A stretch of DNA of 64,000 nt from an uncultured Gammaproteobacteria bacterium (GCA_947258795.1 CAMYJU010000003.1:141779-205778); one strand, 5' to 3'; shown: positions 1-10,064, numbered from the stretch's first letter. Numbers and translations are program-made. Notes: generated by a model from the letters alone, not told the origin.

Positions 1-618
1 GCCCTGTTGAAGGCAAAGCAGGCGGAACTGGCACGTATGCAACGCGGTGGACAATTGCGGCGCGCGCTGGAACTGGATCGTGAAAGCGTGGATTTCGGCA
101 AGCAGTACTGGCGCGAGCGTAACAAGCTGGCGTCCGATCTGGCCATGACCAGCAAGGAACTGGAGTTGCAAAGAAAGCAGCTTAACGACATGGAAAGGCG
201 GGCCGGTACCCAAATCGTTGATCCCGAGTGTCAGGACGAGATCATACGTGCACCGTTCCCGGCGCGTGTCCAGGTGGTCAGGCGACGGGTCAGGGAATTT
301 GCCAATCGTGGTGATGCGATAGTGATTTTGACCAGGAATGAGGCGCCGGTCCGTATCGAGGCCTACTTCACCGAAGATGAGCTGAAGCACTTAAACCTGG
401 GTAAAAAAATCGACGTGACCTTCCCGGACGGGGTTGAAAGTATCGGGGTGGTCAGTGCGGTGTACTCTTCGGCCTATTCGGTGCCGGAGCGTGAATGGAA
501 AGGCTACCGGCCGCTGACTACCGGCGTCCGTGCACACCTGTACCCGATTGATGACAATGAAAAACAGAACTGGAAGCAATATGACCGTATGGAAGTGCGG
601 GTGAGGGCAGGCAAATGA
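1..618 (+). CDS. HlyD/membrane-fusion-family secretion protein (5'-truncated by window edge)
   Basis: Frame is open from position 1. A coiled-coil segment is followed by 'IIRAPFPARV..REFANRGDAIV', resembling the lipoyl-like/beta-barrel region of MFPs. The stop overlaps the next ATG (ATGA). Confidence 0.7.
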   Translation, partial: ALLKAKQAELARMQRGGQLRRALELDRESVDFGKQYWRERNKLASDLAMTSKELELQRKQLNDMERRAGTQIVDPECQDEIIRAPFPARVQVVRRRVREFANRGDAIVILTRNEAPVRIEAYFTEDELKHLNLGKKIDVTFPDGVESIGVVSAVYSSAYSVPEREWKGYRPLTTGVRAHLYPIDDNEKQNWKQYDRMEVRVRAGK

Positions 619-2012
619 GAAAACCCTGTCTGGTTGGCAAGGACAAGCAGGTAGTCCCTGAGGATGTGCTGTCGATTGAACTGACAATGATAGAGTCGCT
701 GGATAGCCAGGACGTATCATGCTGGATTGTGGATATGAGCGATTGGCGTAAAGGCTGGCAAAAAATTGCTGCGATACGCGAACATCTTTCTCCCAAGGTT
801 TACCTGCGCCCGGTTGTATATCTGCATGCCGATAACTCCATGCCCGCAGAAATCAGTAAGGCAGCCGATGGTCAGCTGGCGCATGGTCTGGACAACAGTA
901 AGGGCCTGGATGAATTGTCATCACGGTTCGAAGCAACCAACCAGTGGATCGACCATTTGCCGGATCCGAATGCCGCGGTTGATGCCAATATTGCGTTCAA
1001 GGTCCTACGCCTGATTGCGAGCAGGAACAACGTACAAGAACCGGTCACTACGGTCAGGCGCAAGTCCGGTTATGTCTATCCGATACTGGAACCGTTGTTT
1101 TCCAAGCGTGATGAAGGTGCGCTGGAGACCCTGGAGTTTCTGGAGGCCCAGAAACTGATCAGCGGCGATTTCGTCAGCAAGGCGCATTTTTGCAGCAGTT
1201 GCAGCAGCGCGTTTATCAATTTCAAGGAGGCCTGTCCTCAATGTGGTTCGGATGACCTGAACGTGGACGAGCTGGTGCACCACTTCCGCTGTGCACATAT
1301 GGCGGTAATGTCGGACTTCAAGCGTGGCAGCAGCATGGTCTGTCCGAAATGCGACCGTGAACTGCACCATATCGGCGTGGACTATGACAAGCCGTCCATC
1401 ATGTACTCCTGCAATCATTGCAGTCATGGTTTTCAGGAACCATCGATCATGACGACCTGTTACAACTGTGGCCGCAGCACCGAACCGGAAAACCAGCACA
1501 CCCGGCTGATCAGGGCCTACAGTATCTCAGCGATAGGTCAGAACGCTGCCAGCTACGGCATGGAGGCCCTGTTCTCCAAGATACTGGATTCCGAGCTGCA
1601 GCTGTGCAGCTTCGATGCGTTCAGGGACTTCTACCGGGTTGAGGCCGCGCGCATCAAGCGTTACAAGAAGTCGGAAAGCTCTCTGGTCATGATCGCGCTG
1701 CGCGATATCGATAAGCTGTATGTACGACTGGGTGGCCGCGCAACAGAGGTGTTTGCCGAACTCAGTACCGTGTTCAGAACCGTGCTAAGACTGTCCGATG
1801 TGATTACCGCGCGTAACGAAAGCATCTTTTTTGTGATTATGACCGAAACCAGCACCACATATGCCGAGCGCGCCGTTGAGCGTCTGCATGAAGGCATTAT
1901 CGAACTATTGACCAACAATCTTGATTTCGATCCCGATATGTCCAGCCTGATCAAGCCGATCACGGTCGATATGGATCTGGATCAGACCCTGGAAGCGTTT
2001 TTACAGTCCTGA
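615..2012 (+). CDS. Multi-Zn-ribbon (TackOD1-like) protein with C-terminal degenerate GGDEF domain
   Basis: Motifs CSSC, CPQC, HFRCAH, CPKC, CNHC and CYNC. The C-terminal 'RLSDVITARNESIF' aligns with RxxDxxxRxGGDEF. Confidence 0.75.
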   Translation: MRKPCLVGKDKQVVPEDVLSIELTMIESLDSQDVSCWIVDMSDWRKGWQKIAAIREHLSPKVYLRPVVYLHADNSMPAEISKAADGQLAHGLDNSKGLDELSSRFEATNQWIDHLPDPNAAVDANIAFKVLRLIASRNNVQEPVTTVRRKSGYVYPILEPLFSKRDEGALETLEFLEAQKLISGDFVSKAHFCSSCSSAFINFKEACPQCGSDDLNVDELVHHFRCAHMAVMSDFKRGSSMVCPKCDRELHHIGVDYDKPSIMYSCNHCSHGFQEPSIMTTCYNCGRSTEPENQHTRLIRAYSISAIGQNAASYGMEALFSKILDSELQLCSFDAFRDFYRVEAARIKRYKKSESSLVMIALRDIDKLYVRLGGRATEVFAELSTVFRTVLRLSDVITARNESIFFVIMTETSTTYAERAVERLHEGIIELLTNNLDFDPDMSSLIKPITVDMDLDQTLEAFLQS

Positions 2013-3319
2013 TGATATTCGAAAACGCGCTCGATTTTTTCCTGAGGATGGATACCGCGAAGATGCTGGCGTATTTCTGGCCGTTCTTCCTGCTCGATAT
2101 GACACGCTATCTGCTGCTGGATGTCGTGGTGATATCGATCTACTCGGTCAAGAACTGGTTCCAGCGTGACAAAATTGAAAGGGCAAGGCGACAACTGTAC
2201 AGTGAAAAGCCGCTGGTCTCGCTGATCATACCGGGTAAGAATGAAGGCAAGCATATACCGCGCCTGGCCGAGTCATTGGCGCGGCAGACCTATAAGAATA
2301 TCGAGATCGTGATCGTTGATGACGGCTCGGATGATGATACCGAAGAGATCTGCCGCAAGCTGGAACAGGAAGGCAAGATCGACCGTTTTATCCGTAATGA
2401 AGTCAGGGGTGGCAAGGCCTCGGCTGCGAACACGGCCATGCGTTTCTCACATGGCAAATACATTGTGCATATCGATGCCGATTCGCACCTGGCCTTTGAT
2501 TCGGTCGAAACCATACTGTTGCCGTTTTACATGGATCCGAATATTGGCGCCGTCGGCGGTGATGTCCGTGTGGCCAATACCGGTGACGCTTTTGTTACGC
2601 GCCTGCAGGGCATCGAGTATATGAAAGCCATTTCCACCGGCCGTACGGTATCGTCGGAACTGGGCATATTGCGTATTATTGCCGGTGCACATGGTGCGTT
2701 CCGCCGCGATATCCTGAATCGTTTGCATGGCTGGGATGTCGGTCCGGGGCTGGACGGTGATATTACCCTGAAGATCCGCAAGCTCGGTTTCCGGGTCGTA
2801 CATGAGCCACACGCGGTGTGCTACACCAATGTGCCGAAGACCTTCAGGGCGCTCGCAAAACAGCGTTTTCGCTGGGACCGTTCGATGGTGCGATTCAGGG
2901 TGCGCAAGCACCGCGATATATTGCTGATGAATTCGAACTTCAGCATCCTGAATTTTCTGGCATCGGCCGAGAATATCTTTTTCAATCTGGTGTTGGATTT
3001 CAAATGGTGGATTTATATCATCCAGATCGTGCTGTTTAATCCGTCGGTGCTGGAATATATTTTCCTGATCAACCTGATCCTGTACATGCTTGCTAACTAT
3101 CTCGAGTTTCTGGTGGCCTGTGCGCTGCTACACAGCTCCATGCGGCGCAGGGATTTTTTCCTGGTCTTGTATATCCCGCTGGTGCCGATCTATACCGGCA
3201 TTTATCTGCGTATCGTGCGTACCTATGCCTATATCATGGAGTTCCTGCACGGCGCTTCGTACATGGACAAATGGAACCCATGGAAGGTGTCCAGGGTGGT
3301 TAAGCGCGAGAAATTGTAA
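2012..3319 (+). CDS. Processive family-2 glycosyltransferase (PgaC/IcaA-like polysaccharide synthase)
   Basis: Motifs DDGSDD, GGKASA, DAD and QRFRW (QxxRW), with N- and C-terminal TM helices. Confidence 0.88.
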   Translation: MIFENALDFFLRMDTAKMLAYFWPFFLLDMTRYLLLDVVVISIYSVKNWFQRDKIERARRQLYSEKPLVSLIIPGKNEGKHIPRLAESLARQTYKNIEIVIVDDGSDDDTEEICRKLEQEGKIDRFIRNEVRGGKASAANTAMRFSHGKYIVHIDADSHLAFDSVETILLPFYMDPNIGAVGGDVRVANTGDAFVTRLQGIEYMKAISTGRTVSSELGILRIIAGAHGAFRRDILNRLHGWDVGPGLDGDITLKIRKLGFRVVHEPHAVCYTNVPKTFRALAKQRFRWDRSMVRFRVRKHRDILLMNSNFSILNFLASAENIFFNLVLDFKWWIYIIQIVLFNPSVLEYIFLINLILYMLANYLEFLVACALLHSSMRRRDFFLVLYIPLVPIYTGIYLRIVRTYAYIMEFLHGASYMDKWNPWKVSRVVKREKL

Positions 3320-3384
3320 AAGGGGGTTAAACGCTTACAGTATCCGATAAGGTTCTTGAGGTAAACGACAGTTTCCCGTTACGG

Positions 3385-3482
3385 CTAGCAGAGGGTCAGG
3401 CAAAGACCGTCGGCAGCAGGGATGCTGCCGTCGAGCGTACATGGATGTATTTACCGCGTGTCTTTGCCTGACCCTCTGCTAG
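3385..3482. repeat. Palindromic MITE/REP-like element with a 23-bp perfect terminal inverted repeat and two internal hairpins
   Basis: ctagcagagggtcaggcaaagac (3385-3407) pairs with gtctttgcctgaccctctgctag (3460-3482). Internal hairpins are cggcagca-ggga-tgctgccg and taca-tgga-tgta. Confidence 0.8.
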
Positions 3483-3576
3483 ACGCTATTGCTCTAATAA
3501 TGAACTCGATAGGGTTTTATTAGGAAAACCTAAGACAGTTTTTTACCAAGACAGCTGTCAGAAGCTCTATAAAGTT

Positions 3577-4452
3577 TTAATAAACCTTCGCCTCGCCATC
3601 CGGCCTGACCTTGAAGCGTTTATAGGACCACATGTACTGCTCGGGCAGTTTACGGATTTCCTGCTCCAGGCCTAGGTTCAGTCCACTGGCCGCGGTGTGC
3701 AGGTCCGCTGCAGCCAGATCGTCACTGGCCGGGACAAAGTGCAGGCGAAAGCCGCGTGCCCAGGGCAGGCGTTCGGCATAGCTGTATAGCACCACCGGCT
3801 TATACTTATGCGCCAGCCTGGGCAACAACACCATGGTATTGGTGCTGACCCCGAAGAATGGCGCGAAGATGCCCTTACCCTTGCCGGGATTCTGGTCCGG
3901 CAGTACACCGATCATTTCACCGTTAGCGAGTGCGCGGTACAGCGCGCGCACCCCTTTGACATCGGTTGGTACCAGTGTGGCCCCCAGCCGCTGCCGGCCG
4001 TGGTGAATCATTTTGTCAATTTCATGACCCCGCTGCGGACGATACAGGTTGGTCATCGGGTGCAGGGTCGAGCAATACATGCCGATCAGTTCCCAGTCAC
4101 CCAGATGCGGTGTCACGATCACGACGCCCTTAGCGGATGTGATGGCCTGGTTGAGATGCTCGTGACCGACACTGCCGCGGATCAGGCCTAACACCCGCTC
4201 ACCCGGTCCAAACAGCAGGAACGGCTTTTCCATCAGGCCCTTACCGGTTTCAATCAGGCTGCGCCTGGCGAGACGGTGACGACTGCAGCGTGACAGTTCG
4301 GGGAAACACAACGTCAGATTGGTCAGGCTTACATGGCGCTTGGTGTTTGGTAGCAGGTAGAACAGCAAGCCGATAAAAGCGCCTATCGCGTGCGATACAG
4401 GCAGGGGTAGCCTGGCCGACAGCTTTATTATTGGAATGGCGAGCTTTTTCAT
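3577..4452 (-). CDS. Lipid A biosynthesis acyltransferase (LpxL/HtrB family)
   Basis: Motifs HLGDWE, LPDQ, APFFG and PEQYMWSYKRFK. Confidence 0.88.
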   Translation of the reverse strand: MKKLAIPIIKLSARLPLPVSHAIGAFIGLLFYLLPNTKRHVSLTNLTLCFPELSRCSRHRLARRSLIETGKGLMEKPFLLFGPGERVLGLIRGSVGHEHLNQAITSAKGVVIVTPHLGDWELIGMYCSTLHPMTNLYRPQRGHEIDKMIHHGRQRLGATLVPTDVKGVRALYRALANGEMIGVLPDQNPGKGKGIFAPFFGVSTNTMVLLPRLAHKYKPVVLYSYAERLPWARGFRLHFVPASDDLAAADLHTAASGLNLGLEQEIRKLPEQYMWSYKRFKVRPDGEAKVY

Positions 4453-4457
4453 AGTGG

Positions 4458-4676
4458 CTACAACAGGTCGGAGTAGTCGGCCGCGAGGATTTGCCTGGCG
4501 CGTTCTGCGTCCTGGTCGTCGACCTGTAACTTTATCCCGCCTACAGCGATGCTGTATAGCATATCGGTCTGGACCAGGTGCTCGTCAACCAGCCACGCCT
4601 TGATCTGTTCGGCCTTAAGGCGACCCAGCGCCAAATTGGCATCGATAATCGTGTCGAATGTTGCTATAGTTACCAT
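4458..4676 (-). CDS. DUF2007-family small protein
   Basis: Pattern 'TIATF..IDANLALGRL..GGIKLQV..DAERARQIL'. Confidence 0.75.
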   Translation of the reverse strand: MVTIATFDTIIDANLALGRLKAEQIKAWLVDEHLVQTDMLYSIAVGGIKLQVDDQDAERARQILAADYSDLL

Positions 4677-4786
4677 TTATATTTCATTTATTGATATTAA
4701 TTTAACTAAATTAACCACTTTTATTAAATATCTGTGTTCATATTCGTAAAACAATTTATTATTTTATAATGTGGTAATAATAATTA

Positions 4787-5560
4787 TTATTCAGCGGTAT
4801 CTACGGATATAAGTGGTTTTATTGCATTTAATATGCTTTTGTATAGCTGTTTATTGGATTTTTCTTCTTTCTGGAGCAGCTCTTTCATATGTTGACGCTG
4901 GGTCGGCATACTGAAACAGGCCGGGCAGTTCTCGACGATCACCGGCAATGCCGCCTGTTTGGCAAATTCAGCGGTCTGGCGTTCACGTACATAGACCAGC
5001 GGCCGTATCACACGCAGGTCCTCGCTGCGCACGGTGTAATGGGCCTTCATGCTACGCAGCTGGCCGCCGTGAAACGCGGACATCAGGAATGACTCGGCCA
5101 GATCGTCGAGATGCTGGGCCAGTGCCAGTACGTTGTAGTGCTCTCGCCTGGCCGTGGTATACATGATCCCGCGTTTCATGCGTGCACACCAGGAGCAGTA
5201 GGAATCCCCCTGCATATGTTCGCGCGCCTGTTGCAGTATCGGCTGCTGTTCATAGAAATAGCGAACACCCAGGTCGGCCAGATAGCCCTTTAGTGGTGAC
5301 GGGTCAAAGCTGTCGGACATCGGGTCGACCGTGATCACACCCAGTTCGAAGCGCACTGGCGCGTAGCTCTGCAGGTGCAGCAGGATTTGCAGCAGTGTCA
5401 GTGAATCCTTGCCACCGGACAGGCCGAGCAGGATGCGGTCACCCTGTCGTATCATGTCGAAATTGGCAATCGCGCGTCCAACCGGGCGTAACAGGTTCTT
5501 GGGAGGTGTTGCGTAACCCGTGCTGTTTTCCGGTTTGCCCGGGTGGGTTTCAGTAGACAT
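4787..5560 (-). CDS. ttcA: tRNA 2-thiocytidine biosynthesis protein TtcA
   Basis: PP-loop SGGKDS, CSWC, HLDD, IRPL and CPAC. Confidence 0.88.
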   Translation of the reverse strand: MSTETHPGKPENSTGYATPPKNLLRPVGRAIANFDMIRQGDRILLGLSGGKDSLTLLQILLHLQSYAPVRFELGVITVDPMSDSFDPSPLKGYLADLGVRYFYEQQPILQQAREHMQGDSYCSWCARMKRGIMYTTARREHYNVLALAQHLDDLAESFLMSAFHGGQLRSMKAHYTVRSEDLRVIRPLVYVRERQTAEFAKQAALPVIVENCPACFSMPTQRQHMKELLQKEEKSNKQLYKSILNAIKPLISVDTAE

Positions 5561-5607
5561 GGTTTATGGCCGGTGGTCTGTAGTCAGGTTTCTGAAAATT
5601 GATTATA

Positions 5608-5641
5608 AGGGAACCTCTGATTAAGTCTATCATGGGTGCGC
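5608..5641. repeat. Solo end of the MITE family also seen at 36728-36784
   Basis: agggaacctctgattaagtctatcatgggtgcgc matches the reverse complement of the 36.7-kb element end (agggaacccctgatttaagtctatcgcggttgcgc). Confidence 0.6.
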
Positions 5642-5708
5642 CAGTGCGGATTTCTGTATCCGGCGTGACCATGTTACACTCCACAACCCTTATAAATCAG
5701 CAAGCTAG

Positions 5709-8700
5709 ATGAACATCATGTCCAGTCCACTCGAACAAGCCCTGTCTGAACGTATCCTGATACTGGATGGTGCCATGGGTACCATGATCCAGAGCTATAA
5801 ACTCGATGAATCCGGCTATCGCGGTGAACGCTTCAGTGACTGGCAGGGTGACCTGAAGGGTAACAACGATCTGCTGGTGCTGACCCAGCCTGATATCATC
5901 GGCGATATCCACAAGGCCTATCTCGAGGCCGGTGCCGATATCGTCGAGACCAATACCTTCAATGCCAACTATTACGGCATGGCCGATTATGGCATGCAGG
6001 ACTATGTGCATGAGCTGAACGTGGCCGCGGCGCGGGTTGCACGCAAGGCCTGTGATGAATTTTCGACGGATGACAAACCCCGGTTTGTTGCCGGTGTGCT
6101 CGGTCCGATGCCGGTTACCGCATCGATGTCCAAGGACGTCAACAATCCCGGTGCCCGGGACGTGACCTTTGACCAGTTGCGCGAGGCCTACACGGTATCG
6201 CTCGATGGCCTGATCGAGGGTGGTATCGACCTCATCCTGGTCGAGACCGTATTCGATACCTTGAACGCAAAGGCCGCGCTGTTTGCGATCGATGAATATT
6301 TCGAGCAATCCGGCAAGCATCTGCCGGTGATGATCTCGGGCACGATTACCGATGCGTCCGGACGTATCCTGACCGGGCAGACGCCAGAGGCGTTCTGGAA
6401 CTCGTTACGCCATATCAAGCCACTGAGTTTCGGCTTTAACTGCGCGTTGGGGGCGAAGGAGTTGCGTCCGCACATCGAGGAAATCGCCGGACTGGCTGAT
6501 TGCTACATCAATGTGCATCCGAATGCCGGCCTGCCCAATGCGTTTGGCGGTTTTGACGAAACCCCGGAGATGCTGGCCGAGGAGATTGGCGACTGGGCCA
6601 GGAGCGGTTTTGTCAATATCGTCGGTGGCTGTTGTGGGACCACACCGACCCATATCCGTGCCGTGGCCGATGCTGTTTCCAAGTATCCGCCACGCCAGAT
6701 TCCGGAAGTGGTCACCGAATGCCGTCTCAGCGGGCTGGAGCCGTGTAACATCAACAAGGACTCGCTGTTCGTGAATGTCGGTGAACGCACCAACGTGACC
6801 GGTTCGGCGAAGTTCAAACGCCTGATCCTCGAAGAGCAATACGACGAGGCGCTGGAGGTCGCGCGTGAGCAGGTCGAGAGCGGTGCACAGATCATTGATG
6901 TGAACATGGACGAAGGCATGCTCGATGGTGAACAGGCGATGGTAACCTTCCTGAACCTGATGGCCAGTGAGCCGGATATCGCGCGCCTGCCGATCATGAT
7001 CGATTCGTCCAAGTGGCCGATTATCGAGGCCGGACTCAAATGTATTCAGGGCAAGGGCATTGTCAATTCAATATCGCTGAAAGAGGGTGAAGACAACTTC
7101 TTTCATCAGGCGCGTCTGTGCCGTCGTTACGGTGCCGCGATTATCGTGATGGCCTTTGACGAAACCGGGCAGGCCGATACCCGCGAACGCAAGGTCGAGA
7201 TCTGCACGCGCGCCTATAAAGTACTCACCGATCAGGTTGGCTTCCCGCCCGAGGATATTATTTTTGACCCGAATATTTTTGCGGTGGCCACCGGTATCGA
7301 GGAACACAACAATTACGGCGTTGATTTCATCGAGGCCACGCGAGAGATCAAGCAGACTCTGCCGTACGCGATGGTCAGCGGCGGGGTATCAAATGTATCG
7401 TTCTCGTTCCGTGGCAATAACCCGGTGCGCGAGGCGATCCACTCTGTATTCCTGTATCACGCCATTACGGCCGGTATGGATATGGGCATCGTCAATGCCG
7501 GGCAACTGGCTGTCTATGATGAACTGCCTGAGGAATTGCGTGAGCATGTCGAGGACGTGGTGCTGAACCGGCGCGATGATGCGACCGAACGCCTGCTCGA
7601 TATTGCTGAAAAATATCGTGGCGAAGGAGGTGCCGGTAAAAAGGAAGAAGACCTCGAATGGCGTAGCTGGCCGGTGGAAAAACGCATTGAGCACGCAATG
7701 GTCAAAGGTAATGACAGTTTTATTCTCGAGGACGCCGAGCAGGCGCGTCAGCAATTCGATCGACCGATCCAGGTGATCGAAGGCCCGTTAATGGATGGTA
7801 TGAATGTGGTCGGCGACCTGTTCGGGGCCGGCAAGATGTTTCTGCCACAGGTGGTCAAGTCCGCACGCGTGATGAAAAAGGCGGTCGCACACCTGGTACC
7901 GTTTATCGAGGACGAGAAGGAAGAGGGCGCAAAGAGTAACGGCAGGATCCTGATGGCCACCGTCAAAGGCGATGTGCATGATATTGGCAAGAACATTGTC
8001 GGTGTGGTGTTGCAATGCAATAACTTCGAGGTGGTCGATCTCGGCGTGATGGTGCCGGCCAATGAGATACTCGACAAGGCACGCGAAGAAAACGTCGACA
8101 TCATCGGCTTGAGCGGACTGATTACACCGTCACTGGACGAGATGGTGCATATTGGCAAGGAATTGCAGCGTCTGGACATGGACACCCCGCTGATGCTCGG
8201 CGGTGCGACCACCTCGCGTGCGCATACCGCGGTAAAGGTCGAGCCGAATTACCAGAATGGTCCGGTGGTCTGGGTCAAGGACGCCTCGCGCGCGGTCGGT
8301 GTGGCGCAGAACCTGATCAGTGAAGACCTGAAAGCGGATTTCGTCAACAAGACCCGTGTCGAGTATGAAGTGGTGCGCACCAATTATGCCGGCAGGCGCA
8401 AGAAAATCGACTGGCTGAGTCTCGAGCAGGCGCGCGAAAACAAAACGAAAATCGACTGGTCGGCATACCAGCCACCGGTACCGGCCGAGCCGGGTGTCAC
8501 CGTATTCGAAGACTTCCCGCTAGACGAGATACGTGACTATATCGACTGGACACCGTTTTTCCATGCCTGGGAGCTGAAGGGCCGTTATCCGAAAATCCTC
8601 GATGATCAGGAAAAAGGCGAAGAGGCGCGTAAACTGTTTACCGATGCCGAAAATATGCTGGACCGGATTATTGCTGAAAAGTGGCTGACCGCGCGTGCGG

Positions 8701-9395
8701 TAATCGGCCTGTATCCGGCCAATACGATCAACGATGACGATATCGAGGTGTATACCGATGACACCCGGTCCGAGGTGTTGACCGTGCTGCACAACCTGCG
8801 TCAGCAGCAACAGAAACCGCCGGGCAAGCCCAACACCAGCCTGAGTGATTTCATTGCGCCGAAAGACACCGGACTGAAGGACTATATTGGTGGTTTCGCA
8901 GTGACCGCCGGCATCGGTGTGGATGAAAAGGTCGCCGAATTCGAGGGCCAGCATGACGACTATCATGCGATCATGGTCAAGGCCCTGGCCGACCGCCTGG
9001 CCGAGGCCTTAGCCGAACTGATGCATATACGCGTGCGCAAGCAGTACTGGGGCTATGCCGGTGACGAGCAATTGGGCCATGACGAGCTGATCAAAGAGGT
9101 TTACCGGGGTATCCGCCCGGCGGCCGGTTACCCGGCCAGCCCGGACCATACCGAAAAGGACATTATCTGGTCATTGATGGATGTTGAGCAAAACACCGGC
9201 ATCTGGTTGACCGAAGCCAAGGCCATGGTGCCGGCGGCCTCGGTTAGCGGGCTCTATTATGCCCATCCCGAGTCACGTTATTTCGCGGTAGGGAAGTTGA
9301 ACCGTGACCAGCTTGAAGATTATGCCAGGCGTAAGGGTATGAGTCAGGAGCAGGTTGAAAAGTGGCTGTCGCCGAATCTGGGTTATGATACGTAA
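5709..9395 (+). CDS. metH: Cobalamin-dependent methionine synthase
   Basis: 1228 aa with LDGAMGT, GGCCGT, GERTNV and the B12-binding DVHDIGKN motif, plus the C-terminal activation domain. Confidence 0.98.
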   Translation: MNIMSSPLEQALSERILILDGAMGTMIQSYKLDESGYRGERFSDWQGDLKGNNDLLVLTQPDIIGDIHKAYLEAGADIVETNTFNANYYGMADYGMQDYVHELNVAAARVARKACDEFSTDDKPRFVAGVLGPMPVTASMSKDVNNPGARDVTFDQLREAYTVSLDGLIEGGIDLILVETVFDTLNAKAALFAIDEYFEQSGKHLPVMISGTITDASGRILTGQTPEAFWNSLRHIKPLSFGFNCALGAKELRPHIEEIAGLADCYINVHPNAGLPNAFGGFDETPEMLAEEIGDWARSGFVNIVGGCCGTTPTHIRAVADAVSKYPPRQIPEVVTECRLSGLEPCNINKDSLFVNVGERTNVTGSAKFKRLILEEQYDEALEVAREQVESGAQIIDVNMDEGMLDGEQAMVTFLNLMASEPDIARLPIMIDSSKWPIIEAGLKCIQGKGIVNSISLKEGEDNFFHQARLCRRYGAAIIVMAFDETGQADTRERKVEICTRAYKVLTDQVGFPPEDIIFDPNIFAVATGIEEHNNYGVDFIEATREIKQTLPYAMVSGGVSNVSFSFRGNNPVREAIHSVFLYHAITAGMDMGIVNAGQLAVYDELPEELREHVEDVVLNRRDDATERLLDIAEKYRGEGGAGKKEEDLEWRSWPVEKRIEHAMVKGNDSFILEDAEQARQQFDRPIQVIEGPLMDGMNVVGDLFGAGKMFLPQVVKSARVMKKAVAHLVPFIEDEKEEGAKSNGRILMATVKGDVHDIGKNIVGVVLQCNNFEVVDLGVMVPANEILDKAREENVDIIGLSGLITPSLDEMVHIGKELQRLDMDTPLMLGGATTSRAHTAVKVEPNYQNGPVVWVKDASRAVGVAQNLISEDLKADFVNKTRVEYEVVRTNYAGRRKKIDWLSLEQARENKTKIDWSAYQPPVPAEPGVTVFEDFPLDEIRDYIDWTPFFHAWELKGRYPKILDDQEKGEEARKLFTDAENMLDRIIAEKWLTARAVIGLYPANTINDDDIEVYTDDTRSEVLTVLHNLRQQQQKPPGKPNTSLSDFIAPKDTGLKDYIGGFAVTAGIGVDEKVAEFEGQHDDYHAIMVKALADRLAEALAELMHIRVRKQYWGYAGDEQLGHDELIKEVYRGIRPAAGYPASPDHTEKDIIWSLMDVEQNTGIWLTEAKAMVPAASVSGLYYAHPESRYFAVGKLNRDQLEDYARRKGMSQEQVEKWLSPNLGYDT

Positions 9396-9420
9396 ACAGA
9401 AACCGGGGTGGATTTTACAT

Positions 9421-9465
9421 AAAAAGACCGGACGGTTTCACTGGTTCGCAGTGTCTTCCGTCCGG
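9421..9465 (-). terminator. Rho-independent terminator for the minus-strand small-ORF transcript (possibly also serving metH)
   Basis: Stem ccggacgg/ccgtccgg with inner cactg/cagtg, followed by a T-run on the minus strand. Confidence 0.65.
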
Positions 9466-9534
9466 CAGCCTTACGTGGAGAGACGTAACCGTTTGATTGC
9501 CTGACCTGCTGACTAACAGCCGACGATATTCCGA

Positions 9535-9618
9535 TCAGGCGATCATGTTTGCAACTATGATCAGTACGATCATCAGGGCGACTGGTACCAGTACTGTGTT
9601 GCCTACACTGGAAGCCAT
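9535..9618 (-). CDS. 27-aa single-TM small protein (MASSVGNTVLVPVALMIVLIIVANMIA)
   Basis: Read by hand. AGGA-like RBS, hydrophobic helix, and position between an FNR-type promoter and a terminator. Confidence 0.5.
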   Translation of the reverse strand: MASSVGNTVLVPVALMIVLIIVANMIA

Positions 9619-9700
9619 CGTCCTGTCTTCAATAGAATTCCTTTATCATCCGATGTGTTAGTCTGTAGAGAAAGACTAGCTCAGAAGGCGGAGTGATACA

Positions 9701-9714
9701 TTGATCTGGATCAA
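9701..9714. promoter_or_regulatory. FNR/Anr-type binding site
   Basis: Perfect TTGAT-CTGG-ATCAA consensus. A -10-like TAGTCT lies on the minus strand at 9673-9678, at class II spacing. Confidence 0.75.
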
Positions 9715-9856
9715 CTGATGTGAATATATCACAGCAGTATATAAGAAGTTAATGATATGTTAGCCAGACATTAGCACAGGCTGTGCAGTGATCCCCGGAC
9801 AAAGTACAGGCCTTATGCTAGTTTAGCGTCAACGAGTAAGGTTCAAGGAGCCATCC

Positions 9857-10036
9857 ATGCTGATACGTTCATTTTTATTCACCGCAGTCGTCGCAGCTGG
9901 CATCGCCCTGGTCATGTGGCTGGTTTCGCTGATAACCGGCGATACGGACTTACGTTTAATCATTGTTCTGGTTACCGTTTTCCTGATTGCATGGTTCTGG
10001 GTGTACCAGGGAATGCGTGACAAAATGATAAAATAA
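9857..10036 (+). CDS. 59-aa two-TM small membrane protein
   Basis: Read by hand (MLIRSFLFTAVVAAGIALVMWLVSLITG...MRDKMIK), with an AAGGAG RBS 6 nt upstream. Confidence 0.65.
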   Translation: MLIRSFLFTAVVAAGIALVMWLVSLITGDTDLRLIIVLVTVFLIAWFWVYQGMRDKMIK

Positions 10037-10064
10037 GTATCCTTTTTCGAACTGGCTGAGCCTG

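Noticed and set aside
4677..4790. Very AT-rich spacer, also at 31540-31830 and 59530-59700, suggesting foreign DNA
   Set aside because: These are short intergenic stretches with no integrase, tRNA or direct repeats, consistent with promoter DNA.
5561..5708. Possible cobalamin or SAM riboswitch upstream of metH
   Set aside because: No B12-box or SAM consensus is visible, the region is short and it is partly occupied by a MITE end.
9719..9733. CRP-like TGTGA-ATATA-TCACA
   Set aside because: The spacer is 5 nt rather than the canonical 6, so it is not called.
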